Origin: Macrostomum lignano
Taxonomy: Eukaryota
Length of the DNA: 64,000 nucleotides
Reading direction: 5' to 3'
Assembly (NCBI GenBank): GCA_002269645.1
Contig: NIVC01001319.1
Span: 62,001 to 126,000, forward strand
Numbering within the stretch: the first letter of the stretch is position 1; each line of letters starts with the position of its first letter. Positions 50,601 through 64,000 of this stretch are shown here, one piece after another. The position numbers were made by a program, and so were the translations under genes. Below the pieces are notes generated by a model, which searched no databases, was not told the DNA's origin, and saw only the letters and a program-made list of their open reading frames with translations.

Positions 50601-51834
50601 AACTGTTAGGGCTGACATTGAGCAGGTGAGCTGCTGCTAGCAAACCTTTGATGAAAAACATCAGGATGCCGACTCTGAGGCCAACATATTATTTACATAA
50701 ATCAACATAATAAAAAAATACAAAACATGAAAATGTTACCGCTTTTAAAAAAACTACTTTACGATTCGCATTTAATGTAATAAAAATACATTTAAGTTTG
50801 TTAAGCTGTGTTAAGACTTGCAAATTTAAATGACTTTTGGATTTTCGTTTTCGGTTTGATTTTGAGTGCACACGCTTGCATGAGTGAGCGAATTAAACAG
50901 TTTCTACTGACAACTCTGCTAGCACATGCATATTTTTAACCCTTTTTTCCATTCGTTTTTTATGTATCGTATTTATTTTAGAAATATCTATTAAATAAAT
51001 AATTTTCACAATATATTTGCACTTTACTGTTTATTACATTATTGTGCATCAGTTGTATGGTTTGATGTAATGATGGCTCAATTGTTTGTATTGCAGTTTT
51101 AGTTAATAATAAAAATACAAATAGGAAAGTTGTTTCAGTAGCATTAGCAGACGTAGTAGTAAGTTACAAAAGATTGGGAAAGAAATGAATAAAAGCAATC
51201 AATGCTTATTTGCAAGCAATAAAATTCATAATTGTAATTCATTATTAAAGGTCATTAGTAAGAAGTTGTTACATTTGCATGATTATTGTCATAGACAAAA
51301 AGATTAATTAGGCATTTATGTAAATTAGAATATATTCATAATGTTTTAAGTTCTTTTCAGACTTATATTTTTGTTTTTTCTTTGTGTCTTTAGTCATTGA
51401 CATTGCCATCAATGTTAACAATGAATTTGTTTTTAACTCACAAAATTATTAATATAAGTTTGTTAATCTGTTAGTTAAAAAATCTTTATGGCAGTCCATT
51501 AACATTAATGAAAAATGTTAGTATTTTTTAATACTTATTAACCAACACTATGTAAAATTGTCTATTTTTGAGAAGCCATAAAAATTGTGCTTTTTGAAAC
51601 TTATATCATATTTCAACAAGGGTTTAGATTGGTAAAACCTAATGGTAATGGTTAGATGACTAAAATTGCTTTTATTTTCCTAAATAGTTAAATTTGAATT
51701 AAAACATGCAGACAGATATCCAAAAAATTTAGTGAATAAATATAAGGAAAACAAATTCCCTGTATATTGTTTTCAAACAATAATCTTGATTGCAATTTTA
51801 ATTTCAAGTGCAATTCATATTTCAGGAATAAAAA

Positions 51835-54800
51835 ATGACATTCCATCAATCTGCTTGGCTACATTCATTTGACAGACAAGTTAACCTGGGTCAGCAATAC
51901 TCAGTAGAGTCGGACAGCTTTATTGAGAGTTTGCATGGCGATTCCTCCCCTGGAGGAGACTTCAGCTTCAAGGATGCAGTCAGCAACAAAAAAATAGAAA
52001 TATTCGTTGACAGTTCGGATACATTTTTGAGCGATGTCGCTGCTCTCGGCCTGACTGCTCTGCAAGCTCTGAAGCTGATTTGTCATGGATCGTCAAGTAA
52101 TGTCAATTGTTCGCTTCAAGACCTGCTGCATTACCTGTGGGACAACTGCGACTTCTCCAAGCAGCTAGTGATAGGCGTTCTCCAAGAAAAATGCGTCTCT
52201 GCCAGTGCAGTTGATCAGGGAGGTGTAAAGCCTGGTGAAGTATCCTGCGTGTCGCAAGGGTGGCTGCTGTGTGGAATCGTCAAAGGTAGGACCCTTCGAT
52301 GTCGCATTAAGATATTAAGGCATAAAATATGTGTTGTTTAAACTTTTTACTTAGTTATTTTATGTTTCCTTTTTAGGCGATGGCGACATTAAAACGGCCA
52401 AGATCAAAACATTTTTAAATGGCACCGTGGTACTAATGGATCTGTCTGAGTTTAAAGACTCCCTCGAAAAAATGGATGCTGTTCCTGAGGGAGCACTTCA
52501 TGCTGCCAATCTGTTTAAAGTTTTCGATGCCAGCAATCAGCTGCGTTCCGCTCAGGAGTGTAGTACCAGTACAGATGTGCTGCAGCGGCTATACGAAGGT
52601 CAGAAGGTGGCTCGAAGTATTGAGGAGCTTCTGGGCTACAAAGTGCTACACGATGTTCCGTATCTGCGAGAAACACTGACTACAGCTTTGCAGTTTGTGC
52701 AGAATAAGGTTACGATGAACAAAGTTCGAGTTAGAAACAGCACCCAGACACCCGCATCTCTGAAGGACTGCATTCCTTTCGTTCCCAGCTTTAGCTGGTT
52801 GCCAATGCTGGGTGAGTTTCTCGATGTCCTAACAGCTATATCACAGCTGTCAAACTCGAAAGCTTTTGAACCGGCTGATGGTAAGACCTGCTGTACCGTG
52901 TCGTTGGTATTTCCAACCGATGCGCCAAAGTTGCTGCAATGGGAGAAGCACTGGGAGAATTTCGATCTTGCGACTGCTCTCAAAGATTGTACTCGAAGTT
53001 TTCAAGCTATGCTGAGGGTAATTCAGGCTAATGATCATGGCGATTGGCAGCTTTGCATAAAGATGCAACAGCAAGCCGAAAAGATAATTCATGCTCACAT
53101 TACACTTGAACGTCTTGACTCAAAATTATGCTCTATTGAGAGTTTTTTGGTATTTCATGCTGTTGAGTCCGTGCGTTCTGCGTCAAATGCAATTGAGTTG
53201 CTATTTTCACCTCTGAGTGCTGCTGATTTTAAAGAGAATGAAATTCAAGGTGTGTCGATTCGCTACAAGGAAGAACAGAGCAATGAGTGGACGGAAGTAA
53301 TCAAAATCTTTGGCCCAAACGTTGGAACTGCTCTTCTTGAGCAGTTGAAAATGGGTACCGCCTATCAGATGTCCTATCAGACCATTCGGATGTTCGGTCG
53401 CTGCGAAGTGAAAAATATGCCAATGGTGACAACATTGGCATGCGCCGCTCCGGACATTGCTTCAATTACGCAGGTGTCCCCATTTCGTGTGGAACTAGAA
53501 CTGACTCCGCCTGTATTGCAGCAGCAAAAAGCCCGTCTGGTTGGTTATCAAATCACTGTGCTCAAACAGGGACACAGCTCAGGCCATGAGACTTATGTTA
53601 AGACTGATTCTTCGCAAAAGACTGTTCCCATCGAAGTCAATGGAGATGGCTGCTATACATTTTCTGTTTCAGCAGTGCTCTCAGATGACTCTGTTGGAGA
53701 GCAGAGCAAGAATGTCACCCTAGAAGTGAAATCGACAGCAGCGGACCGAATGAAGTATAATTTGCTCAACTCTTCTCTACTACTGGATTCTGAGGCTAAG
53801 CTGCCTCTTGAGTACGAGTTGCAAATGGACCAGACGTTCTGGGATCCAGTGCACCAAGTTCGAAAAATGGAGCTTGGACGCGATAGCTTGTCCGGAATTG
53901 ACGAAAAAGTGATTATGATCGTCGGTGAAACTGGCTCTGGAAAAACTACCCTGATCAACTCGATGGTCAACTACATCTTCGGAGTAAAGTACGAAGACCC
54001 GTTTCGCTTCAGAATCATTACAGATCCGAAGGAGAAGAAACTTAGGACATCTCAGTCAATGAGTCAGACTCAATGGGTCACATCCTACACATTCCACCAT
54101 CGCGATGGCTGTCAGCAACCTTGCTCGTTGACTCTGGTGGACACGCCAGGATTTGGTGACACTGGCGGCATCATGAACGACAAGAAGATTGTCGACCGAA
54201 TCAGAGAGTTCTTCTCTTCCCCAGGCGGCATTGACCACTTGGATGCTGTGGGCTTTGTGGTGCCATCGAGTGTCGCCAGACTGACGCCAACGCAGCGATA
54301 CGTTTTCGACTCGATCCTCTCTCTGTTCGGTAAGGATATTGGCGACAATATCTACATGCTAATCACATTTGCTGATGCAAATGTACCTCCTGTGCTCGAG
54401 TCCCTCAAGGAAGCGAGGATCTCCTACAATTTACACATCAAATTCAACAACTCTGCTGTATTTGCGAAGAGTCAGGAAATGGACCAGATGAGCCAAATGT
54501 TCAACAAGATGTTCTGGGATATGGGAATGAACAGCTTCCAAGGATTTTTCTCCCATTTGATGAAGATTACGGCAAAGAGCCTGACCCTGACCAAAGATGT
54601 TCTAAGTGAGCGGCAGAGACTGCAGACTCACTTAATTGCTATCAAGGCGGAGATCGACCAAGGTCTGAGCAAGTTGAATCAGCTGGAGCGCGAAATATCC
54701 GTTATCAAGGCTCACCAGTCAGATTTGGACCGCAACCGCAACTTCACATACACAGTTGTGGAAGACACAGCAGTTTGCCAGCCGATTCCTTCCGGAACTT

Positions 54801-55465
54801 ACATCACGAACTGTCTAACGTGCAACAGGACGTGTCACTATCCATGTGGAATTCCAGATGATAAAGACAAAGCCGGCTGCGCGGCGATGACAAATGGCAA
54901 TTGCCACGTGTGCAAAAGTGGTTGTGTGTGGTCGGTCCACAAGAACATGTCATACCAAATCGTTATCACTCAGCAAACTGTCACGAAAACGTCGGATGAC
55001 CTAAAAGGTCGCTACACCGATGCGGAGGGGAAACTGCTGTCTGCCAAGCAGCTGGCGCAGCGGGTGTACGAAGAGTATCTCGGGACGAAGGCCAACGTGA
55101 TGCAGCTGGTCAAGGAGAGCAAAAAGTGCATCGAGCGCCTGCAGCAGATCGCTCTGAAGCCTGACCCTCTGAACGAGGTTGACTACATTGACAAGTTGAT
55201 TGATGCCGAGCAGATGAGCAAGAATGATGGGTATTCCGACCGAATCCAACAGCTGCAGGATATTCGAGAGCTCGCTGTTCGAGCTGAGAACCTGAAGAAG
55301 GACGAGCTGCTGAATGTACTGCTGCAGAGCGAGACGCGAGTTTACCGCAGGTACGAAGAGTTTTTTGTAAAGCCAAGCGCCTCTGGCATCACTGCGCACC
55401 TCCGAGGCGGCTTCAAGAGGCTGAAGCGACTGTTCTATGAAGGTGGCGGCCACTCACAGGCTTAG
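51835..55465 (+). CDS. Multidomain P-loop GTPase (AIG1/septin-like) with FN3 repeats; join(51835..52285,52377..55465), ~1179 aa
   Basis: Phase-1 intron AAAG|GTAGGA...TTTTAG|GC of 91 bp joins the two ORFs in frame. G1 GETGSGKT at 53924, G3 DTPGFGD at ~54140, two FN3-like beta segments, coiled coil, and a CLTCNRTCHYPC...C...CHVC...C...H cluster. Confidence 0.9.
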
Positions 55466-56719
55466 ATGGGTTTGGCGCGCTAACATTTTTTGTTAAATGC
55501 GCTGTCATGTTTTTATGTTTCTTTATATTTCTTGTGTGGAATTATTCGTATTTAAAAATAACAAGCTATATTGATGTATGCCGTGTATGTGGATGGCGCA
55601 AGCAAGAAAAGAACTTAAAATTCTAATTCTTAGTTTCGATGTTGAAATACGAGTATTGAACTTCCTGAATCTTATGCATTGAAAGGTACCTCTGCAAATA
55701 TACCCTTTTCAATCTTGGCAAAAGTGGACTTCAATTTTGGCAGGCCATGGAGACAGTTGACGCTAATAACTACTTAACAACTCAGGACGTTACACTTACG
55801 AATGGTGGAAATTCTACAAAGGCCGCTTGTTGTAGCTGTGTTTTTTCAGTGTCTTTTTTCATACTCTCAATGCTAGATTAAGTTAACTGAAATAAGAAAA
55901 CTTTTTTTATTTGTTTAAATATTAACGTACTTTTTGTGCGCGAAGTTCCTATAAAGTTCCAATGCTGCGTCCCGGGTTGCAGAAACAACTATAAAAGCGA
56001 CAGCATTTGCTTCTTTATTAAAAATGCTTCATTGCCAGAGTGGCTGAAGCGAACGGGCGGCCTTTCCATAATTTCCACTATTCTTGAATTTAACGTCCTT
56101 CCACCATTCCTGTAAAGTAGTCCTTGGCTGGTGCATACAGGCAGCGTGTCTACTGTATGGTCAGCCGTGGTAGAATCGGTTAAAGCGTGTATTCAACTAT
56201 GGCAGAAGTGGCTTTAATTTTGGCAGCACTATCTGTGGATCTTTCAGTGGATTCTCACTGGTGCAGGCAGAGCTACACTTTTTAAACATAGGCGTCTTTA
56301 CTCTCTTCTTCTCTCTGATAACAAACGAACGAGAAGGCAAGCACAAAACATGGTCACTGTCACTGTCACTATTGAAGTCACTGAAAACTATCAGTGATCA
56401 ATGTGATTGGCGAAGCAGCGCCGTAATACGTAGCTCAGCACGTGTGATTTTATGGCGGTGATGAAGCTGGATGTAGCCGTGACTGTGACGAGCTCCGTGC
56501 CTAAATCTTGCTTTGTCGTTCGTTTGTTACAGTTTGCCATTCAGTTTACTATAAAAATTACTTGCTCGCTGAAGAATAAACCAGCTTTTTCTCTGAATTT
56601 TCTAGCTCTTGGTTATGATTTCTGCGCCTACAGTCTGGAACATACTGAACCTTAAATTGTTTTTTTCGCTTAAAAGTGATCAATATTATTCTTCAAATTT
56701 ACAGGTATGCCAGCATCTG

Positions 56720-58080
<1,361 letters not shown>

Positions 58081-58280
58081 TCGCCCCTATTTGCTTTTTT
58101 TCAATTGGATTTTGGTGCTTAGAGAGACATAAAGACTCTTAGAGAGACATAAAGACTGAGGTGGTTTACTGGAGTTTGGGCCATAGACAACGAAGTTGCA
58201 AACAGGCTGGGGGTTAAGAGGGTGGAAAGGAAGGAGATGTGGAGAGAAAGAGAGAATAAAACGTAAATAGCTACATTCGC

Positions 58281-58756
58281 TTGGCCATGGAGAACCAGAC
58301 GTCATATCCGATCAACTGGGGCAATCTGCCTGTCAAAAGTTTAGCCAACGTATCTAGCAGCGAACTCAATTGGATCTCAAGACTTTCCACATCTCAGAAG
58401 GACATGAAGGATAACAAAGACTTTTTGAACTTCTTGCACTTTCTTGAGACCTGGAATCGGCTGGGCATTCGATGAGCGAGATCATGGCTATCACGGGTCA
58501 AAAGTCCGAGAGCACGGTCCGGCGCTACCTGGCAGTTAAACGGAACAAGTCCCTGCAACAATGCAGCGATGCAGTGTCGCGTGCGTTGAACATGGGACAA
58601 AGCGCCGCGACCCACGGTCAAGTAACAATGCCTGCTGACATCAGCATCCAAAGTTCCATCGTGCAAGAAGCAGTGAGCGTGTCTGATGGTCGTCAGATGA
58701 ACGGTCGGAATATCTTTATTATGAACAACTGCACTTTCAACAATTGCAATCTGTAA
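58281..58756 (+). pseudogene. Crypton / DUF3504 tyrosine-recombinase C-terminal remnant
   Basis: EIMAITGQKSESTVRRY...Q..S (GH-K/R-S...Y catalytic segment with H>Q) and a terminal NNCTFNNC, typical of DUF3504-type proteins; the upstream part is missing or disrupted. Confidence 0.65.
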
Positions 58757-61700
58757 TGGTCTTCGGCACTATGACAATTGCGCCATATTGATACTGCACA
58801 ATTAACTTTCCATAGCGCTAATCTTTTGTTGTTGGTGTTTGCTGTTTTGTTCTAAAAATAGGCGTCCATTATCCCGAGTTTGAAATCATTATCCTGAAGT
58901 TTAAGTGAAAAAATAAATAAATGTGCTCATGGTTTAACCATAGACGATTGCATTATCCTAAAGGCTGATTTTTGACAATGCATTGTTTGTAGTAATGGAT
59001 TGTTCTGCTTTAAAAATGTGAATAATGATCGTCAAAATGCTAAACAATGGTCAGTAGCGCTGATCATACGATAAACGGTGAAAAATGTCCTACTTATCTG
59101 CAATGGAATGCAGCGACTCGGTTTCAGCATTCTCTGTGATGACATCGTCAGTCTCATAATCCGATGTATGCAAAATGTCCATGGTTGTAGCTGATTTACT
59201 TTTCAATAAAATGATGCACTACTCGTATTAAGGAGGATTTTGCTTTCTCTTTCAAAAAGGCCTGTTTGCAGATTTTAAAGTGAACTGTAGTGTCTATTGC
59301 TAGACATCGAGTGTACACACTGCATAATCTATTTAGAGAGCATTAAGTGAAATGCACTTTGAAACTGCTTTTTTCGACCCAAGATTTGTCCACGCCAAGT
59401 AAAAAATGCTCCCTTCTCGGCTAGAAAGGCTTTGCGCAGCGGCACATTAAGATTCTAGCTATAGTCTATGGCCAGCCCTGCTGACCATGTCGGCAGGAAC
59501 GGAGCTTTTGTATTTCTAGCTCCGGCGCGAAAAGGTTAATGGTAAATAGATAGACAACAGATGTAAAACAAATTTAAATTTACATTTTTGCGTTCAGCTA
59601 GCTGGGACCTCGAAGTCAAAGTAAATTTGGCTGGAACCACGCAAATTCAGCGCATCGAATCGGGTGCCTGCTTCATTTTCAATATAAAATTTGATAAAGG
59701 ACTAATAATTTAGAAAACAGATTTTAGAATTTGATTAACACGGATTTACGCTCGTACAGCTCAGGTACAATGTCTGCGCATACCCTTCACTCAGTGCCAT
59801 GTATTCTACTGCTAGATGGCTATATGGTTTCTCCTTAACATTTTCTACTCCCATGCTTATCCCATGTCTATTTAATGTTCTATCTTGAAGGTTTTAAGAT
59901 TTTATGCTGTTGCATCTTTTTGAGGCTTTAAATTATCAAGATGCTGATGTATACGAAGTATTAAGCGGCTACCTGGGATGCGGGCCCGCGAGTCTGTAGG
60001 CGAACCAAGTGAATCGCGCGCTTTTCTCATTTTTAACAATCCATCATGAAATTTGACATTCTCACAACTGTGCCCTTACATTTAAAAGGATATTCGTTTT
60101 AATTCTGATCTTCTCGAGGATATTCCCACTGCAATCTCTTCACTGCTTTCGATTCTATGCATATATTTTTAACGTCAATTGTATACTTGAAATTGCTAAA
60201 ACTTACATGTATAAATCAGTTTTTATAGAAACTGCGTGACTTAGGGCCAACGTGTTTTCACATTCTTAGGGTTTCTAGGAAGGACCCGATAAGATCTTTG
60301 GGCATTTAGGGTTCGGGTGGCAACAAGCCCGGCCAATCAGAATCGGCGTGTTCCGGTAAAACAAATCGCTATCCCAGTTGGCAGCTATTTAAACCACAGA
60401 TTTTCCTGCTCGGAACTCAATTTTTCGGAACCCTCCGGAAACGTGTGTGTTTTCCTTCAGCGACCTTTTTCCCCACATCTTCTGACTCCATCCTGATCCC
60501 CTGAATTGCGACATCTTCCCCATCGAGCAACATCAAGTTAGAGGAAATCATTCATCTCTGGCATCAACTGCTGGATCATCATCGGGAGTTGGACGACGCA
60601 TCTGGCCCCGCTCAGTAGCTTGATTGGGTACGGTACGGTTGCATTGAACTTTGCTTGGTTGCTTTCATATGCAGAACTTTTCGAGGCGGAACTGTGCAGT
60701 GTCAGCACTCAACTCACTCGCTTGAACCAATTTGAGTGCTTGCGAGTTTAGTAAAAAAAGGCAAATCTGATCTGATAATTTTGTTTTCTACATTTAATTC
60801 GCAATGCGAGCTCAGATGAGCAGCTAAGCTGAATGTGAATCTGAATTCGTGCCAGTCATGTAAATGTAAGTGCCAAGCAGCTTATTTAATGTAAGAATTT
60901 ACTTACCAGTTAGAGTCTCGAATGGTCGTGTGACTGCTCTGCTTAAGCATTACGGAGAGTACACGTAATAAAAATAAAAATTTGCAAAAGCTATCGCTGT
61001 GGGCCTCCGAGTTTCGGTAGAAGGGCCAGGCGAGGTTTGCATCTGATCAAACAAGTTTAAAGTACTATTAGCCTCTAACCCAACCAAATCAGATTCTCAA
61101 CCGCTGGTGACCGCAGTAACGGCCGCGGAGGCTTCTAGACAGAACGCAGCTGAGATCGGTGTGGATGTTCATGTCGCTTCTCACTGTTCGCTGATGATGT
61201 TGAACCGGAAAGACTTGGTCGTTGACGTGGTAACGATTTGGAGCTGCAAGACTGAAGTCTTGGGAGGAAGCGGCGTCAGATGGGAGGACCGCAGGATCAG
61301 AGCTTTGGCGAAACCGTCTGACGAGAGGGGCGGGCCTCGAGCCGCCGCGATTTCTGTCGACCGATTTGTGTCGACCAGAGCGCCAAATTTTTCTAGTAGA
61401 CAAAGCGGCTTTGCTATAATTAGATGAGCTCGGTATGGTCGGCTAGATTTGACTCGATCTATTGACTGAGATCGAAACCCATAAAATCCACCCGATCACG
61501 TGTTGTCTTCTACCCTACCTTGGGAAAGGTGAGAAGCCTTAAACTCAATTTAAAATTAAAAATGAAATAACTTAATAAATTTAAGTTTATGAGAATGGTT
61601 TAAGAATGTAAAGACGTGAATATTTAGTAGGCTAATCACGTCCAGTAAGGGGCACTTCTGGTATTAAACACACGTCAAATCTTTCCAGAGATTTGAAGAA

Positions 61701-61917
61701 TAATAAAAAAATCAGCTGGCAATTAAAGCATGTGGCGCCCATTTCCAGCAGGCTTGGCGCCCCCAACTTTCCAGCAGGCTTGGCGCCCCCAACTTTCCAG
61801 CAGGCTTGGCGCCACCTGAGACGTGCCCTCCCCCCCCCCTTTAGCGACTGTCGGGCTATATTTATGGTCATGCAATGGCAAACCTCGCAATTACCTCGCA
61901 CAGTGTAGAGCTCCTGA

Positions 61918-62556
61918 ATGAGTCATCCCGGCGCTGCCCACCGTTGTTTTGCGCTTCCTCCTCGGGATGAGTTAGAAGATTATATTCCACGCTCCAACGT
62001 AGTCAGTGTGACCGTTCCTCTGTATGTGTCCGCCGGAAACTCGGGGTGCTTGGTGACCAGACGACCGCGGATTTCCTCGATCGTTCTCTTACAGGGAGGC
62101 GATGGGCGAGCTTTCTCAATGACCAGCTCCGGGAGCTGTGTCTTGGTAGTACCCCAGTCGATGCTAGGGAGGTTCGCTAAGGCGATGTTAAGCTGGTCCT
62201 CGCTCTTGAGGGCGAGGATAATATTACCATTAAAGAACTTAATAGACTCGACTTCAACTTCGAGTTGCTCCCATTGTGCCAGAGGAAGTCGACATGAGCG
62301 ACGGTGTCATTTATCTGAGCATCGTTCAGTGTCCAACTACTAGGATTTTGTTGAGGGGCTCAGTTGCCACCTTGGCGTAGGAATTCGCCGTCTCCCTACC
62401 CTTGGAGTTCTTCGTGCTCTGAGGGGTAACCGTGCTGTCCTCTGGCTGCTGCCACCTGCGAACACTGCTAGGGGCCTCGCTATCGTTGGTATCACCACCA
62501 ATTTCTCCGCCAGTGGGAGTAAAGCTTCCCCCACTTGGGGTAAGCATAGTAGCCAA
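61918..62556 (-). pseudogene. Degenerate non-LTR ORF1 (gag-like) remnant
   Basis: MATMLTP...SYAKVA followed by disrupted LEVEVESIKFFNGNIILALKSEDQL...; resembles a LINE ORF1 N-terminus; contains stops. Confidence 0.45.
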
Positions 62557-62773
62557 AAGTTAGTCAATGTTTCCGCAGAGACATGTTAAAACTACTAACT
62601 GAAGCCAATCTACCGTACTCTGGCTAGGACCTCGCCAGCATCGAACAGCGATGCAATTTCCCCGTTGAGACCCTAAACACCGCCATTCGCGCTAAAGCCC
62701 CTAAACTGAATTACAGGAAGAAATACTCTCCTTGGTGGAGTCCTGAGCTCACTCTCATGAAGAAAAATGAACG

Positions 62774-63990
62774 GTGATGAAAGGCCGCTTCTTGCTTACT
62801 CCGCTTCAGTGGAATGTCGTCATGAACGAGCTCCTAATTGCTGACATTCCCAGCAGTATCAACAGGGTGGGCTACGCAGACGCCGTTGCTGCGGTCGTCA
62901 GCGGACCCGACCCCGCTACCCTGCGCAACCTGATGCAGCAATTCGCCAACAAGACGGCTGACTGGGCCACGCAGCATGGCCTCAAAATCTTGTCTTGTCT
63001 TGTCTTGTCGGGCCATTCGACCTCCTAAGAGGCATGCCCCTCATTGGCTTTGAGTCGGTTCCGCGGTGCAGACTTTTCGGTGTCTTGCTCTTTACATCGG
63101 TTTTGGCCTCCTTTGCATTTGCTGCTCCCTTTTTGTTTCCGCACAGCCGAGGCGTGCGGTCTACGCTTGCTACTACTAGAAGGTAGGAGCAACATGAGCA
63201 AGCTGGCCTCAAAATCAACGTCGCAAAGACAGTCGTCATCTTCACCAAGCGCCGAGCGTGGGAGATGCAAACCCTCACTGTTTATGGTAGGAACATCCCC
63301 TTCAAGAAGGAGATCAAGAATCTCGGTGTGACGCTAGCGCATGACCTGCGCTGGACGAAGCACCTTGACAACGTCATTGGTCGGGCGAAGCGCTGCTTCG
63401 CTCAGCTGCCCAGAGCCATCGGGCCGACCTGGGGCCTCTCCCCAAAAAAGGTCCGTTTTCCCCAAAATCTGCCTCTCGACTTATCAGAGATAAAACGTTA
63501 AATCACGCGCCCCCTGGTTTCATGTCAATGAAAACTCTAATCCCGGATATAGACTTCGTCCGTCGCGACCTTACCAGCATCCACATGGACCCGGACAATG
63601 TGGATAGTCGTCTCCCTGCTCTCAACATCAGGAGGGGCTTCCAGACCCCCATTCCTGGTCGAGACAGCATTCCGCTGGACGTCGGCGTGAACCGGCGCAG
63701 TTAGGGCATCCACTGCTTCACCGACGGCTCGTTGTTTAACTGCCTCGCTGGAGCGGGTATCGTCATCTTCCATGAGGGTAGGATATATGCTCTTCCAGGA
63801 AATTCTGGACCACGGTAAGAACACCATGGTTTTTCCAAGCCAAACTTTGCGCCATTGAGCATGCGCCCAGTACCCGCTCCAGGCAAACATCAATAATTTC
63901 AATATTAATTTTTACACTGATAGCCAAGCCGCTTTCAAGGCCTTAACCAGCGAAAAAATCTCCGCTGCAACGCGGTATCTCAATGTCACT
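62774..63990 (+). pseudogene. Degenerate non-LTR RT + RNase H (R1/LOA/I-like)
   Basis: LTPLQWNVVMNELL...[42 protein letters not shown]...[11 protein letters not shown]; frameshifted. Confidence 0.85.
62990..63203 (-). mobile_element. 214-bp retroposed insertion nested in the LINE RT
   Basis: 13-bp TSD TGGCCTCAAAATC at 62977-62989 and 63204-63216; (GACAA)4 tail on the minus strand; removing it restores the GLKINVAKT motif. Confidence 0.85.
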
Positions 63991-64000
63991 GCAGTGTGCA

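Noticed and set aside
61740-61815. 26-bp triplication with GGCGCC cores, and similar GCCGCAGGCA repeats at 40520-40620
   Set aside because: Probably subterminal repeats of decayed MITEs; I could not define termini or TSDs.

Overview
Eukaryotic (animal) genomic DNA, very rich in micro- and minisatellites and nested transposons. GC-rich exons, short GT-AG introns, TTAGGG repeats and unpaired splice acceptors just upstream of genes suggest a flatworm such as Macrostomum (inference). Host genes I can support: a tight minus-strand cluster RPL31 -> MRM1 (SpoU methyltransferase) -> CCHCR1-like coiled-coil protein (13.9-19.6 kb); a secreted fibrinogen-related protein with a degenerate PAN-like N-terminus (45.4-46.4 kb); a ~1179-aa protein with a possible stonustoxin-like N-terminus, FN3 repeats, an AIG1/septin-like GTPase and a Cys cluster (51.8-55.5 kb); and scattered candidate exons of an unidentified minus-strand gene (5-8 kb). 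Mobile DNA: a near-intact DD34D mariner inside a GATA array, a young Ty3/Gypsy element whose single open ORF lacks reverse transcriptase, a hAT MITE, a tRNA-derived SINE, LINE fragments with target duplications, and Crypton-like and Gypsy remnants. Most interesting signals: MRM1 may take its initiator AUG from a spliced leader within an operon-like cluster; a 33-bp minisatellite multiplies an in-frame 5' splice site; the toxin-like/FN3/GTPase fusion; the RT-less Gypsy; and a compact CArG/E-box/AP-1/TATA promoter module. All coordinates, counts and family calls were made by eye, without searches.
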